A DNA stretch of 64,000 bases from an uncultured Chloroflexia bacterium (GTDB taxonomy: Bacteria > Chloroflexota > Chloroflexia > QHBQ01 > JADMIH01), in the NCBI GenBank assembly GCA_963797095.1, contig CAWCNY010000008.1:96001-160000 (forward strand). Reading direction: 5' to 3'. Both the position numbers and the translations under genes were made by a program. Shown one piece after another: positions 1-8,730 of the stretch (the first letter of the stretch is position 1; the number at the start of each line of letters is the position of its first letter). The notes below the pieces were generated by a model. The model searched no databases and was not told where the DNA came from. It saw nothing but the letters and a program-made list of their open reading frames with translations.

Positions 1-600
1 TAGGCCATACGCATTGGCTGTCTCAATGTATGGATAGAGTGCAGAGTCGACGCCCACATCGGTAAAGGTCGGTATCTCAGGCTTGACAAGCTCCCACCCC
101 GCTGCCTGCACGACCACTTTCACGATAGAGCCGCGTGTGATCCCTTGCTCCGGCTTGAAGGTGCCGTCCTTGTATCCTATCACCAGGCCCTTCTGGTAGG
201 CGGCTTCGACGTAGGGGCAGTACGGTGAGCCGGGCGGTACGTCGCTGAAGTGCGACACTTTGCCAGCTTCGAGTGATATGTTGAAGGCTTGTACGAGCAT
301 TTTCAAAGCCGACCCACGGGCCATGCTCGCGTCGGGCTTGAAGAGCGTACCCGGAGCGGAGTGAAGGCAAGCATCTTCGTACCCGGAAACTATCCCAAGT
401 GCCTCGAGAGACATGACCTCGTTATAGAACTTATTATCGGGCTGCATGTCTGGAAAGGAGGCGGGGCAGGCAGGCGTCACCGGGCATCGAGCCATCGAAG
501 GTGAGACGGCGCCATCAAGGCAGGAGTTAGTCAGCATGGCGAAGTAAGCCTGCAAGCTCTGCGTTGCTAGCGTGAACTGGTAGCAGAAGTCGCCCTGCAT
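1..600 (-). CDS. S-layer homology (SLH) domain protein, partial (runs off left edge; 5' end possibly cut by the IS)
   Basis: Not in the ORF track. Manual translation of the minus frame (open from 726 to the edge) gives three SLH-like repeats: FPDMQPDNKFYNEVMSLEALGIVSGY..FKPDASMARG, FSDVPPGSPYCPYVEAAYQKGLVIGYKDGTFKPEQGITRG, FTDVGVDSALYPYIETANAYGL. Start uncertain (ATG at 600). Confidence 0.8.
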   Translation of the reverse strand, partial: MQGDFCYQFTLATQSLQAYFAMLTNSCLDGAVSPSMARCPVTPACPASFPDMQPDNKFYNEVMSLEALGIVSGYEDACLHSAPGTLFKPDASMARGSALKMLVQAFNISLEAGKVSHFSDVPPGSPYCPYVEAAYQKGLVIGYKDGTFKPEQGITRGSIVKVVVQAAGWELVKPEIPTFTDVGVDSALYPYIETANAYGL

Positions 601-726
601 CAGGTTCCCGGTTGGAATGTCATTGTGCTTGCCAGGCAGGAATGCGCTCTCGTCCAATTCCGCGCCCAAGTAGCGCGCGTGAGGATCGCTGATCACTTGA
701 TGTGGGTCCAATTTACTATTAGGCCA

Positions 727-1741
727 TTATGCTAGATGAGGGAAGGCAAGCTCCTTGATATTGAGGAACTCGGCCTTACCCAACAAACGATTGATATAGA
801 TGCACAAGGTATGAGCAGCCAATTTGGAGTACAAACGGGTACACAAACCCCAGAATGTGTGAGCATGGTTTTGCTGCACCGAGAATTGCTCGGCCAATTG
901 GCCGTTCACTGTCTCGATTATCTGTCTCGTCCGACAGATGCACTCGGACACTGCTTCAGGGAGTTGCCTTTTCTGGTTGGCTCTAGGCACGGTCATCAAG
1001 CAGATACGGTTGCCCTCCAAAAGAGCATCGGCAACAGGCTCAGACAACAGGCTCAGACAACAGCCTCAGACAACAGGCTCAGACAACAGGCTCAGACAAC
1101 AGGCTCAGACAACAGCCTCAGACAACAGGCTCAGACAACAGCCTCAGATATGCACCCTTTGTCAGCCACAGCATGAAGGTCTGTGTGCTCCTCAAGCAAT
1201 TCATAGCCGCCTTGCAGGTCGCCTATGTTGGCAGGCATAAGGGCAGATCACTCCTCCCAACGTGACGAGCAGTTGCATCTTGTAGCCGAAGAAGGTCTGC
1301 TTCTTGGAAGCGACCCTGCCAAAGGTAGCTCCGTTAGCAGTCCAATCTCTAGAGGCCCCAGGAGCCAGGTGAAACTGCACCACCGGCACCGGCAACGAGT
1401 TTACGAGTTTATGCAGCATTGCCTATCCTCAGCAATATCAAGTGCTCGCAGGACCACCTGCCTGACCAGGTTGAAAGCATGCCAAAGCCCTCTTCTGCGC
1501 CTGTTGAAGCGGCTTTGCGAAGGGATGTGAGGGAACAAGTCACGATGTCGGTGCCACTCCGAAACGAGGGTCAACTCCGTATCCCATCCTTTGCACTCTC
1601 CAACCAGGCACATCGTCATCAACTCCTGGTCGGAGCGTTGGAGGATGGCCCTGGTCGAGGGAACAGATGGCTAACTTGTCTGTAAGTATCTTCCACGATG
1701 CAATACATCCACAAGCTAAAATCGTCGAAGTTGGTTATCAC
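727..1741 (-). pseudogene. IS982-family DDE transposase, frameshifted
   Basis: GTG start at 1741 (ITNFDDFSLWMYCIVED). Fragments in several frames: PSQSRFNRRRR, SLPVPVV..FFGYKMQLLV, DKG, RQIIETVNGQL..HAHTFWGLCTRLYSKLAAHT. Confidence 0.85.
1032..1148. repeat. 13-bp tandem repeat CAACAG(G/C)CTCAGA x9 inside the transposase
   Basis: Nine consecutive units counted, three with the C variant. It is an expansion of native codons following DKG. Confidence 0.95.
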
Positions 1742-1810
1742 CGGGTATCCTCCGTGTTTGGGCAGGGTTGGTCTTGTAGCCGCTTCCTTACCAAACCGGA
1801 GGTTTCATTG

Positions 1811-2116
1811 TCAACCGTTTCTATCTAGCATAATGGCCTTTTTGACTTCTGGCCCATCTGCATGGCCAGTTTGAACGCGAATGACTGAGAGCAACGGCAT
1901 TCCTAAGTCACGCACTTGTCTTAGCAATCCATGCAACGCTGCCTGATCGACCACCGGGCCAACTAAAAGCGTATCGCCGTTGTCTTCCTGCGTGATGGAC
2001 AGACCCCCAAACCAGTCTGTCCACTCACGACCGAGATGACCTTTGACCCTGATTTCATAGACCACTGGTTGGCCTACCTCACCTGGGTCCGGTGTTGGGT
2101 TGAGTTTGTTTAGCAT
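1811..2116 (-). CDS. small conserved hypothetical protein (YEIRVKGHL...DQAALHGLL family)
   Basis: Clear paralog of 5370..5627. Its last codons are supplied by the IS end. Confidence 0.75.
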   Translation of the reverse strand: MLNKLNPTPDPGEVGQPVVYEIRVKGHLGREWTDWFGGLSITQEDNGDTLLVGPVVDQAALHGLLRQVRDLGMPLLSVIRVQTGHADGPEVKKAIMLDRNG

Positions 2117-2189
2117 GATCTTGTACCTGTCTCTACCGGCGGTGGCCGAACCTGATGCGGTGCACCGGTGCACCGCATCTCTCCTTCAT

Positions 2190-3041
2190 CTACCGCGCAG
2201 TCAGCACTTGGCGAACGGTTGGAGCCGGCGCTGTCTGTACCGGTACATCTACCGCCTCGCCGGCGATCGATGTACCGGTGCCGTAAGCTTCGGGCTGGAA
2301 ACCTTTAATGATTAGCCAGACGGGTAGCACGAGTTCAAAGAACATACCGGGGATCGTGAGCTGCGTGCCGATGTGGACCCCAAAGATTTCAGCTATGCAC
2401 CCCACCATCAGAATTGGGTAGCCGATCAAGCCTGAAACCGCCAGCCATCGGGGGATCAGTCGGGTCCGGAACAGCAACATACAAAGGAATACGCACCCGA
2501 CTGCGAGCGTAATCTGGCCGATGTTGTAGGCCATGGCATTCGACTGGACCGCCAGTGATCCGAGGGTGTCGGCCAGACCCGCCGAACTCGCGCTCGCCTG
2601 CCCTGCGTCAACTGCCTGTTGAGCCAGGGGAACGATCATCAGAAGAGCGAGCACCCCGACGGTCAGCATGACCACCTCAACAATCATGGCGGCCAGGTAG
2701 GCCAGCGCGATTCTCTTGCCGTGCCTCTCCAGGATTGGGAAGAACAAAACCCCCTTCGCCACGTCTACCAGGGTGTTCAATAACATCAGAAAGGCTCCGA
2801 TGATGAAGACGGTCTGGTTTGCGGCAATCGCTGAAAGAAAGTCGGGGGCGCCTGTAAAGGAAGCCACCAGAGCGAAGCCCCCTCCGTAAGAGAGAAACCC
2901 CAGGAGAAATAGCGCTCCTATCACCCGCGAATACGTCATGCGAGAACCCACCAACGCTTTCCTCTTCTGTGTAGCTTTGGCTACCTCCTGGATCTGAAGA
3001 ACACCAGGTGATCCGTATTGTGTACCTGCAATCGCTTTCAT
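2190..3041 (-). CDS. DUF4386-like membrane protein with a short dehydrogenase-like N-terminal stub
   Basis: AAGGAG RBS then ATG at 3041. Multiple TM helices and LIPRWLAVSGLIGY..PGMFFELVLPVWLIIKGF, typical of DUF4386. Confidence 0.75.
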   Translation of the reverse strand: MKAIAGTQYGSPGVLQIQEVAKATQKRKALVGSRMTYSRVIGALFLLGFLSYGGGFALVASFTGAPDFLSAIAANQTVFIIGAFLMLLNTLVDVAKGVLFFPILERHGKRIALAYLAAMIVEVVMLTVGVLALLMIVPLAQQAVDAGQASASSAGLADTLGSLAVQSNAMAYNIGQITLAVGCVFLCMLLFRTRLIPRWLAVSGLIGYPILMVGCIAEIFGVHIGTQLTIPGMFFELVLPVWLIIKGFQPEAYGTGTSIAGEAVDVPVQTAPAPTVRQVLTAR

Positions 3042-3153
3042 GATTATGCTCCTTGAGCTAAGTTCAACTGTTCGACGCCCCGGAGGGGACCCCGTATGTC
3101 GAGGTTGGCGAGATCGATGCCACTTGATCGATGTACAAGGAGCATAGCTGTAT

Positions 3154-3197
3154 GGAGGTATTGTCGTATAGCTACTAAAGTATTGTCGGAGGTATTG
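3154..3197. promoter_or_regulatory. three direct repeats GTATTG(TCG), candidate operator
   Basis: GGAGGTATTGTCG (3154), AGTATTGTCG (3179) and GGAGGTATTG (3188) lie upstream of the 3041 start. Confidence 0.4.
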
Positions 3198-3281
3198 CTC
3201 TGGGAATTGCTGTGCGGGTAGGTGCGTTGTTATCGTTGTGTACGACACAAAATCGAAAGTGAGCGGAGTGGGGACGGTTTT

Positions 3282-3304
3282 AGGGAGGGCTGAAGGCCCT
3301 CCCT
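3282..3304 (-). terminator. hairpin after DUF4386 gene
   Basis: AGGGAGGGC-TGAAG-GCCCTCCCT, a 9-bp stem 20 nt downstream of the 3324 stop. No clear U-tract. Confidence 0.45.
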
Positions 3305-3323
3305 TACCGCCCATATTACATTT

Positions 3324-4130
3324 CTATGCCCGCTGTGCCGCGCTCAGCAGCTCGTTCGATTGCGTTCTTGCAGACTCGGGAGCGATTGCAGATGAATTGA
3401 ACCCCTTGACGATGAGCCAGAGGGCAAGGCTGACCTCCCAGGCGAACACTGGGAGACCAGCGATCACCCCCAATGTAGAGACCTGCGTGTAGAACCCGAA
3501 CATCACGGCGGTCCCCGAGACGAAGATCAGCGACCCTCCGGTGAGTCCCAACACCGCAATGAACCGTGGAACCAGTCTGGAGCTGTACATCAGGTACGCC
3601 AGCATCAGCGTGTTCAATCCCAAGATGAGGTTCGGCCCGAACAGGAACGTCCAGTTATGTATCCCGACCAAAGCCGTGCCGACAGTGCTAAGGGCGGCTG
3701 CGTTTGCGCTCGATGCCAATCCTCCCGCAAGATCCTGCCGTAGCGTCACTACTGCAAGCAGGCTGATAATGCCGACGACGATGACGAGGCCTTCAGCAAG
3801 ACGACCGCACACATAGCCAAGAGCTATGCCCTCGTTCTGTCTCTTTACGACTCGAAACAGCGTGACCGCTGTGCCGACGTTTGCGATTGCGAGGAGCAAC
3901 TCAGAGAGCGCCCCCAAGAACACGCCGTTGTCACCGCTGACGGAGCCCGTGAGGATATAGTTGGGGTCGCTCACAACTGCGCCATAGAGAAAGATTGCGC
4001 CGATCGCGGTGATCTCGGTGAGCAGGAAGAATATGCCCGCAACTACTGCTGTCTTTCGATATGAACCCGCCTTGAAATCCTTCATGTCATTTCTCGAATT
4101 CGTTCTTTCGTTGGTAGTCATGGTTGCCAT
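3324..4130 (-). CDS. DUF4386 domain membrane protein
   Basis: Hydrophobic helices. Motifs ELLLAIANVGTAVTLF, SRLVPRFIAVLG, PVFAWEVSLALWLIVKGF. AAGGAG RBS. Confidence 0.85.
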   Translation of the reverse strand: MATMTTNERTNSRNDMKDFKAGSYRKTAVVAGIFFLLTEITAIGAIFLYGAVVSDPNYILTGSVSGDNGVFLGALSELLLAIANVGTAVTLFRVVKRQNEGIALGYVCGRLAEGLVIVVGIISLLAVVTLRQDLAGGLASSANAAALSTVGTALVGIHNWTFLFGPNLILGLNTLMLAYLMYSSRLVPRFIAVLGLTGGSLIFVSGTAVMFGFYTQVSTLGVIAGLPVFAWEVSLALWLIVKGFNSSAIAPESARTQSNELLSAAQRA

Positions 4131-4163
4131 CGTTTTTCTCCTTTTTGACTATTTCCGGTGCTG

Positions 4164-4250
4164 TTCCATCGCTTGCGTGGCTGAAGCTCAGGCCTTCGAA
4201 CTGGCCGGCCCAACAATGATTGAGGTGTCCTCTTATGCGAAGCTCACGTC
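4164..4250 (-). pseudogene. truncated third copy of the small YEIRIKGHL protein
   Basis: ELRIRGHLNHCWAGQFEGLSFSHASDGT matches 5370..5627 and is cut at the edge of the 69-bp repeat. Confidence 0.6.
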
Positions 4251-4352
4251 GCCGGGCCTTGACGTGCTGGGTTGCCGTTACGCTGTTACCTGTGCTTCGC
4301 TGTGACAAACGGCCGCTTGGCCGCTTGTCACTACAATAGCTTTCCAGCGAGC

Positions 4353-5180
4353 TCACTCGGCTGCGGTTTGGAGGAGTTGGGGACTTACCGTGCCGGGCAC
4401 GGGTTCCGTGGTGGGCACGGAACCCGTGGCGGGAGCACGCCGTTCCGACCAGAGAGAATAGCCAAGCCAGGCCACAGCTAGTCCCACCGGCACCGCCACG
4501 AGTGCCTTGTGCTCCTCCGGAAGCAGCGAAGCCAGGGGGGACAACACGACCCCGACGGCAAGCAGCCCTGCCGCCCAGCGCGACAGGATGCCGGCGCGGA
4601 TCGTCGCGATGCCGAACAGCCCGCCGCCAAGGATATACACGACCCCTGACAGCGAATAAAGCGTTGCGAGGATGTCGAGGTTCATCTCGCCGGCGTGCCC
4701 ATTGAACATCCCTAAGAAGCTCTCCACAAACGTCGGAGCCTTGATTGCCAACGGCTGCAAGATCAGAGCTTCAGTGAAGGTAAAGGGCGCTGTGAGCGCA
4801 TAGAAGAGGCTGAACAGGAGAAAGCCTGCCAGACCAAGCCACCCGGCCGCTTTCACTTGCCTGGCGTAGAGCCCAGCCATGCCGAGCACGCCGAAGAAGC
4901 ACATGGCGGTGGCCAGGACGTGGACGATTATCCACTGGGTGGTTGTGACTGTCGAAAGAGTTTCGACTGGATGGAACAGCCCGACGGCTACATAAAAGAT
5001 CCCTGCCACCATAGCCGATAGCCCTGCCCAACGGATCAGCTTTGAGGTTGTTATCTTCATTTTGCTCTCCTTATTGACTGCGATCTGGCGATTGGTATGG
5101 GTATTCACCTGTTTGTCTCCTTCAATTGTTGCGGTCTTCGCGACCGAATTTATTCTTTCATTGGTAGTCATGGTAGCCAT
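4353..5180 (-). CDS. multi-pass membrane protein (DUF4386-like neighbourhood)
   Basis: About 7 hydrophobic segments. Alternative start at 5060 (MKITTSKLIRWAG) with its own AAGGAG. Confidence 0.8.
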   Translation of the reverse strand: MATMTTNERINSVAKTATIEGDKQVNTHTNRQIAVNKESKMKITTSKLIRWAGLSAMVAGIFYVAVGLFHPVETLSTVTTTQWIIVHVLATAMCFFGVLGMAGLYARQVKAAGWLGLAGFLLFSLFYALTAPFTFTEALILQPLAIKAPTFVESFLGMFNGHAGEMNLDILATLYSLSGVVYILGGGLFGIATIRAGILSRWAAGLLAVGVVLSPLASLLPEEHKALVAVPVGLAVAWLGYSLWSERRAPATGSVPTTEPVPGTVSPQLLQTAAE

Positions 5181-5369
5181 TGTTTTTCTCCTCTTTGACT
5201 ATTTCCGGTGCTGACAAGCCCTATGCAATTGAGCTTGGATAGAGCTGTGGCCACCTGGCCACCGATCCCGTTCCTGTTCCGGGTTTGAGATGGCTAGAAG
5301 TTCGTCAAAGGCAATTCTCCTTTCTGAGCAACTTGCATAGCACTCTATCTAGACTCGGTGATTGGCATC

Positions 5370-5627
5370 TTACGCATCTGCCTTGTCGGGTCTGATGGTG
5401 GTTACCGAGATTAGTGGCATTCCCAAATCGCGCACTTTTCTCAATAAGCCGTGCAACGCCGCCTGATCGACCACCATGCCGGCTAGAAGCGTATCGCCGT
5501 TGCCCTCCAGCGTAAGGGTCATGCCCTCGAACCTAGCAGCCCATCTAGCATCAAGGTGTCCCTTGATGCGAATCTCATAAAGTCCGGGCTCGTCATAGTC
5601 CTCAGGTGCCGTGTATGTTTCACTCAT
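5370..5627 (-). CDS. small conserved hypothetical protein
   Basis: YEIRIKGHLDARWAARFEGMTL..DQAALHGLLRKVRDLGMPLISV with a GGAGG RBS. Confidence 0.8.
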   Translation of the reverse strand: MSETYTAPEDYDEPGLYEIRIKGHLDARWAARFEGMTLTLEGNGDTLLAGMVVDQAALHGLLRKVRDLGMPLISVTTIRPDKADA

Positions 5628-5729
5628 TCTGCGCCTCCCGCATTTGCCTCATGTAAGGGTTCCCTCCAGGACAGCTGAAGCTCCTCGTGGTTGGATTGCT
5701 TCTTGCCTTCCACCAGAGCATACAAACCA

Positions 5730-5801
5730 ATGTGATGAGATCGCGTCGTCACATGTGATGATTGATGTGATGATCTATTTAGTGGCATACCGGTATGCCA
5801 C
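5730..5801. promoter_or_regulatory. ATGTGATGA x3 plus a perfect 20-bp palindrome, candidate operator
   Basis: ATGTGATGA at 5730, 5753 and 5765. GTGGCATACCGGTATGCCAC at 5782-5801. Confidence 0.5.
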
Positions 5802-5808
5802 GGGGAAT

Positions 5809-5848
5809 CAAAAGCCCCGGCAGGTGGCTTAGCAGACCTGCCGGGGTT
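5809..5848 (-). terminator. intrinsic terminator of the MalT-like gene
   Basis: CCCCGGCAGGT/ACCTGCCGGGG 11-bp stem followed on the minus strand by CTTTT. Confidence 0.6.
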
Positions 5849-5885
5849 GGGGTGCCTTTTTGTTCGGATATACGTTATGCCAACG

Positions 5886-8639
5886 TTACAACAAATGGAG
5901 TTCTTCAGCCCGGCGGACGGCTGCCCGGCGGTTGTCGACCCCAAGCTTGTTGTAGATGTTGCTGGTGTGAGTGCGCATGGTGCTCAGGGACACCATCAAT
6001 TCGCTGGCAACTTCAGGGCCGCTCAATTCGGTTCCGAGCAGTCTGAGTACTTCAAGTTCACGTTCACTCAGAGGCTCGATCAAAGGGTGTGTGACGGGCA
6101 TGACGAGCGTTCTGCCTTCAGCCTCCCCGGCCTCTCCAGGTGCTGACAGTAATCGATGAGGATAGTTGGGGGTGATACCCCGTTTGGAGGCCTCTGTCAG
6201 CAGTGCTATCATAGGTGAGCCTTCGTCCACAAACATTCGGACGTAGCCCTCCGGCTCAGCCAGCGTCAGGGCCCGCTGTAGTGGCGTGAGAGCAGCAGGA
6301 ATGTTGCCTTGCGCCTGGTAAACAAGTGCCTGCAGCACCAGGATTTCGATCACGCTTCCCACCCTCCCGCCTTCTTCCGCCGCTTGCAAGAGGCGCTTGA
6401 GGAGTCCCAGTGCCTCAGAAATGAAGCGCCCAGTACGCTCGCTCCTATATCGGGCCAGGAGCAGTCTGGCCAGGGTGATGTGCTCGAACTCACGCAGGTA
6501 GCTGAGGTCGTCCTCAGGCGACAGAGCTCGCGCGCGCACCCAGCCGAGGGCGTCCTCAAACCTGCCCTGCACAACCCATACCCTTGTCATCCATGCCGCT
6601 ACAGGACGCACATTTGGGGAGAAGTCGCCTACGTACGCGCGCTCTGCTTCGTGGAGCAGGTCCAGAGCGCCGTCCAGGTCTCCCCCGACCTCCCGTATTC
6701 GTGACATGGCAACGCACCAGCGATACCGGTTCTGCGGTAACCCATTGTGCTCGCCCAGTTCCTTGCTTCTCAGTAGGTGCTGCGTAGCGGCATTCAGATC
6801 GTCGCGCTCGCGGTAGAGCGCGCTCATTCCGACATACATGTCTGCGGTCCCGCGCATTACAGGCTCGCCTTGCTTCGTTTGCTCGGTCGCCAGCTGCAAT
6901 CCCCGTTCATAGATCCGCATCGCCTCGTGGAGACGACCTTGCGCAATGCGGATATCAGCCAGGGCGATGGAGCAACCGAGAATGTCCGAGATGTTCCCGG
7001 CCCTCTGCAAACTCGCCATGCCTTCGGCATACGACCGGTGCGCTGCCTCGAGGTCCCCGCTCGTCCAGGATGCGAGCCCCAACAGCACCGCTGCCGATCC
7101 GCGCCTGAGATGGTCGTCCTCAGGTACGAGGTCGAGCGCTAACCTGGCGTATTTCAGGGTGGCTGCCACATCGCCCAGATATAGGGCCAGTCCCGCGCGC
7201 GCAACCGCGATCGCACCTGAGAGATGGCGAAATGCCTCTTCGTCCACAACAAGCATCTCACTCCTGCCTGCTGTCGTGTCAATGGTATTCGGCGGGTCCA
7301 GCCACCGTTCGGCGGCCCGTAACCGGTCCTCAACCTTATCGAGTTCGCCGCTGGCTAGTAACACATGGGCATACCAGACGCAGAGCACGGGCCTGCATTG
7401 GATCAGCTCGTCGGGTAGTGCCTTCATCCAGCCAAGCAACGCAGCCTCCTGTCTACTCCTGAGCATGGCCGGCACTGCCCGCTCGACCAGATTGGCCGCT
7501 CGCTCGAAATCCTCGACCGCCAACGCATGGCGAATAGCATCGGCTGCAGACCCATGGTGCTCGTACCACACGCTTGCACGCCGGTGCAGAGTAGCTATCA
7601 GATCTGGTTGACCCGCGGTCTCCGCGACCAAATGCGCATGGAGAACTTCAGCAAAGAGGTGGTGATAGCGGTACCAGTGGCGTTTGTCATCCAGCGGAGT
7701 TACAAAGAAGTTGCCCCTCTCCAGAGCTGCCAGGCGTGCATGCCCTTCCTGCTGGCCGGTGACGGCATCACAAAGCGGGCCATTCAACCGGTCGAGAATG
7801 GAGGTCTGGAGTAAAAAGCTGCGGACGCTTTCGGGCTGGCGCTGCAATACCTCTTCTACGAGATAGTCCACGATGTACCGGTTGTCTCCGGCGAATACCC
7901 GGACAAAGGCGGGAATATCCTCTCGCCCGCGCATCGAGAGTGCTGCCAGTTGGAGTCCCGCAATCCAGCCTTCAGTACGCGTCTCCAGCGCGGTAACGTC
8001 CACGGCTGCGAGACCCGGGCCAATTACCCGGTTGAGGAAAGTCGCCGCTTCATCCGGAGTAAAGCGAAGGTTGGTGGCACGCAGTTCGGTCAACTGGTCT
8101 CGGGCGCGGAAGCGTGCAAGAGGCAGCTGGGGGTCCTCACGCGTGGTAATGACCAGGTGCCCCTGTGGCGGCAGGTGCTCAAGCAGAAAGGTGAGGGCAT
8201 CGTCAACCGCCCTGGCATCAATAACGTGATAGTCGTCGAGGATTAGCACGAAATTGTCCGGGATGGTGGCGATTTCATTAAGCAGAGCGGTCAGGACTGC
8301 TTCGGCTGGGGGTGGTTGCGGAGACTGAAGCGCAACCACGACCCCTTCGCTGATATTCGGGGCAATCGTTCGTAAAGCAGCGACCAGATAGCTTATAAAG
8401 CGTGTAGGGTCGCTATCCCCCTCGTCCAGCGACAGCCATGCCACCTGCCGGTCGCTGGCCTGCAAACCGGCCACCCATTCACTGATCAGAGTGGTCTTGC
8501 CAAAACCTGCAGGGGCAGAGACGAGAGTCAGCTTACGGTGCAGACCTTCGTTCAGCCGCTCGACGAGGCGTGGACGGAGCACCACTTTCGGCGGAGGTGG
8601 GGGGATATAGAGTTTAGTGGCTAAAACCGGCACAACCAT
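5886..8639 (-). CDS. MalT-like STAND ATPase / TPR / LuxR-HTH transcriptional regulator
   Basis: LATKLYIP..RPRL, Walker A APAGFGKTT, LILDDYH, TEGWIAGLQL, WYRYHHLF and a C-terminal LSERELEVL HTH. Confidence 0.95.
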   Translation of the reverse strand: MVVPVLATKLYIPPPPPKVVLRPRLVERLNEGLHRKLTLVSAPAGFGKTTLISEWVAGLQASDRQVAWLSLDEGDSDPTRFISYLVAALRTIAPNISEGVVVALQSPQPPPAEAVLTALLNEIATIPDNFVLILDDYHVIDARAVDDALTFLLEHLPPQGHLVITTREDPQLPLARFRARDQLTELRATNLRFTPDEAATFLNRVIGPGLAAVDVTALETRTEGWIAGLQLAALSMRGREDIPAFVRVFAGDNRYIVDYLVEEVLQRQPESVRSFLLQTSILDRLNGPLCDAVTGQQEGHARLAALERGNFFVTPLDDKRHWYRYHHLFAEVLHAHLVAETAGQPDLIATLHRRASVWYEHHGSAADAIRHALAVEDFERAANLVERAVPAMLRSRQEAALLGWMKALPDELIQCRPVLCVWYAHVLLASGELDKVEDRLRAAERWLDPPNTIDTTAGRSEMLVVDEEAFRHLSGAIAVARAGLALYLGDVAATLKYARLALDLVPEDDHLRRGSAAVLLGLASWTSGDLEAAHRSYAEGMASLQRAGNISDILGCSIALADIRIAQGRLHEAMRIYERGLQLATEQTKQGEPVMRGTADMYVGMSALYRERDDLNAATQHLLRSKELGEHNGLPQNRYRWCVAMSRIREVGGDLDGALDLLHEAERAYVGDFSPNVRPVAAWMTRVWVVQGRFEDALGWVRARALSPEDDLSYLREFEHITLARLLLARYRSERTGRFISEALGLLKRLLQAAEEGGRVGSVIEILVLQALVYQAQGNIPAALTPLQRALTLAEPEGYVRMFVDEGSPMIALLTEASKRGITPNYPHRLLSAPGEAGEAEGRTLVMPVTHPLIEPLSERELEVLRLLGTELSGPEVASELMVSLSTMRTHTSNIYNKLGVDNRRAAVRRAEELHLL

Positions 8640-8730
8640 AGGTCAATTATAGAAGATGTCGCCTACCTCAAGCAGCGTCGCCACGTGCGCAAATCGCCGA
8701 AGCGGGTCGCGTTCCCGCGCATGAGGAGAA

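Larger units (their letters stand above)
721..1839 (-). mobile_element. IS982-like insertion sequence, decayed
   Basis: Perfect 17-bp terminal inverted repeats AGGCCATTATGCTAGAT (721-737) / ATCTAGCATAATGGCCT (1823-1839) bracket transposase fragments. About 1.0 kb once the internal repeat expansion is subtracted. No target-site duplication seen. Confidence 0.85.
4095..5213. repeat. 69-bp dispersed direct repeat (4095-4163 and 5145-5213) covering the RBS and first codons of two genes
   Basis: Manual alignment gives 63/69 identity. Both ORFs begin MATMTTNER. Confidence 0.9.
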
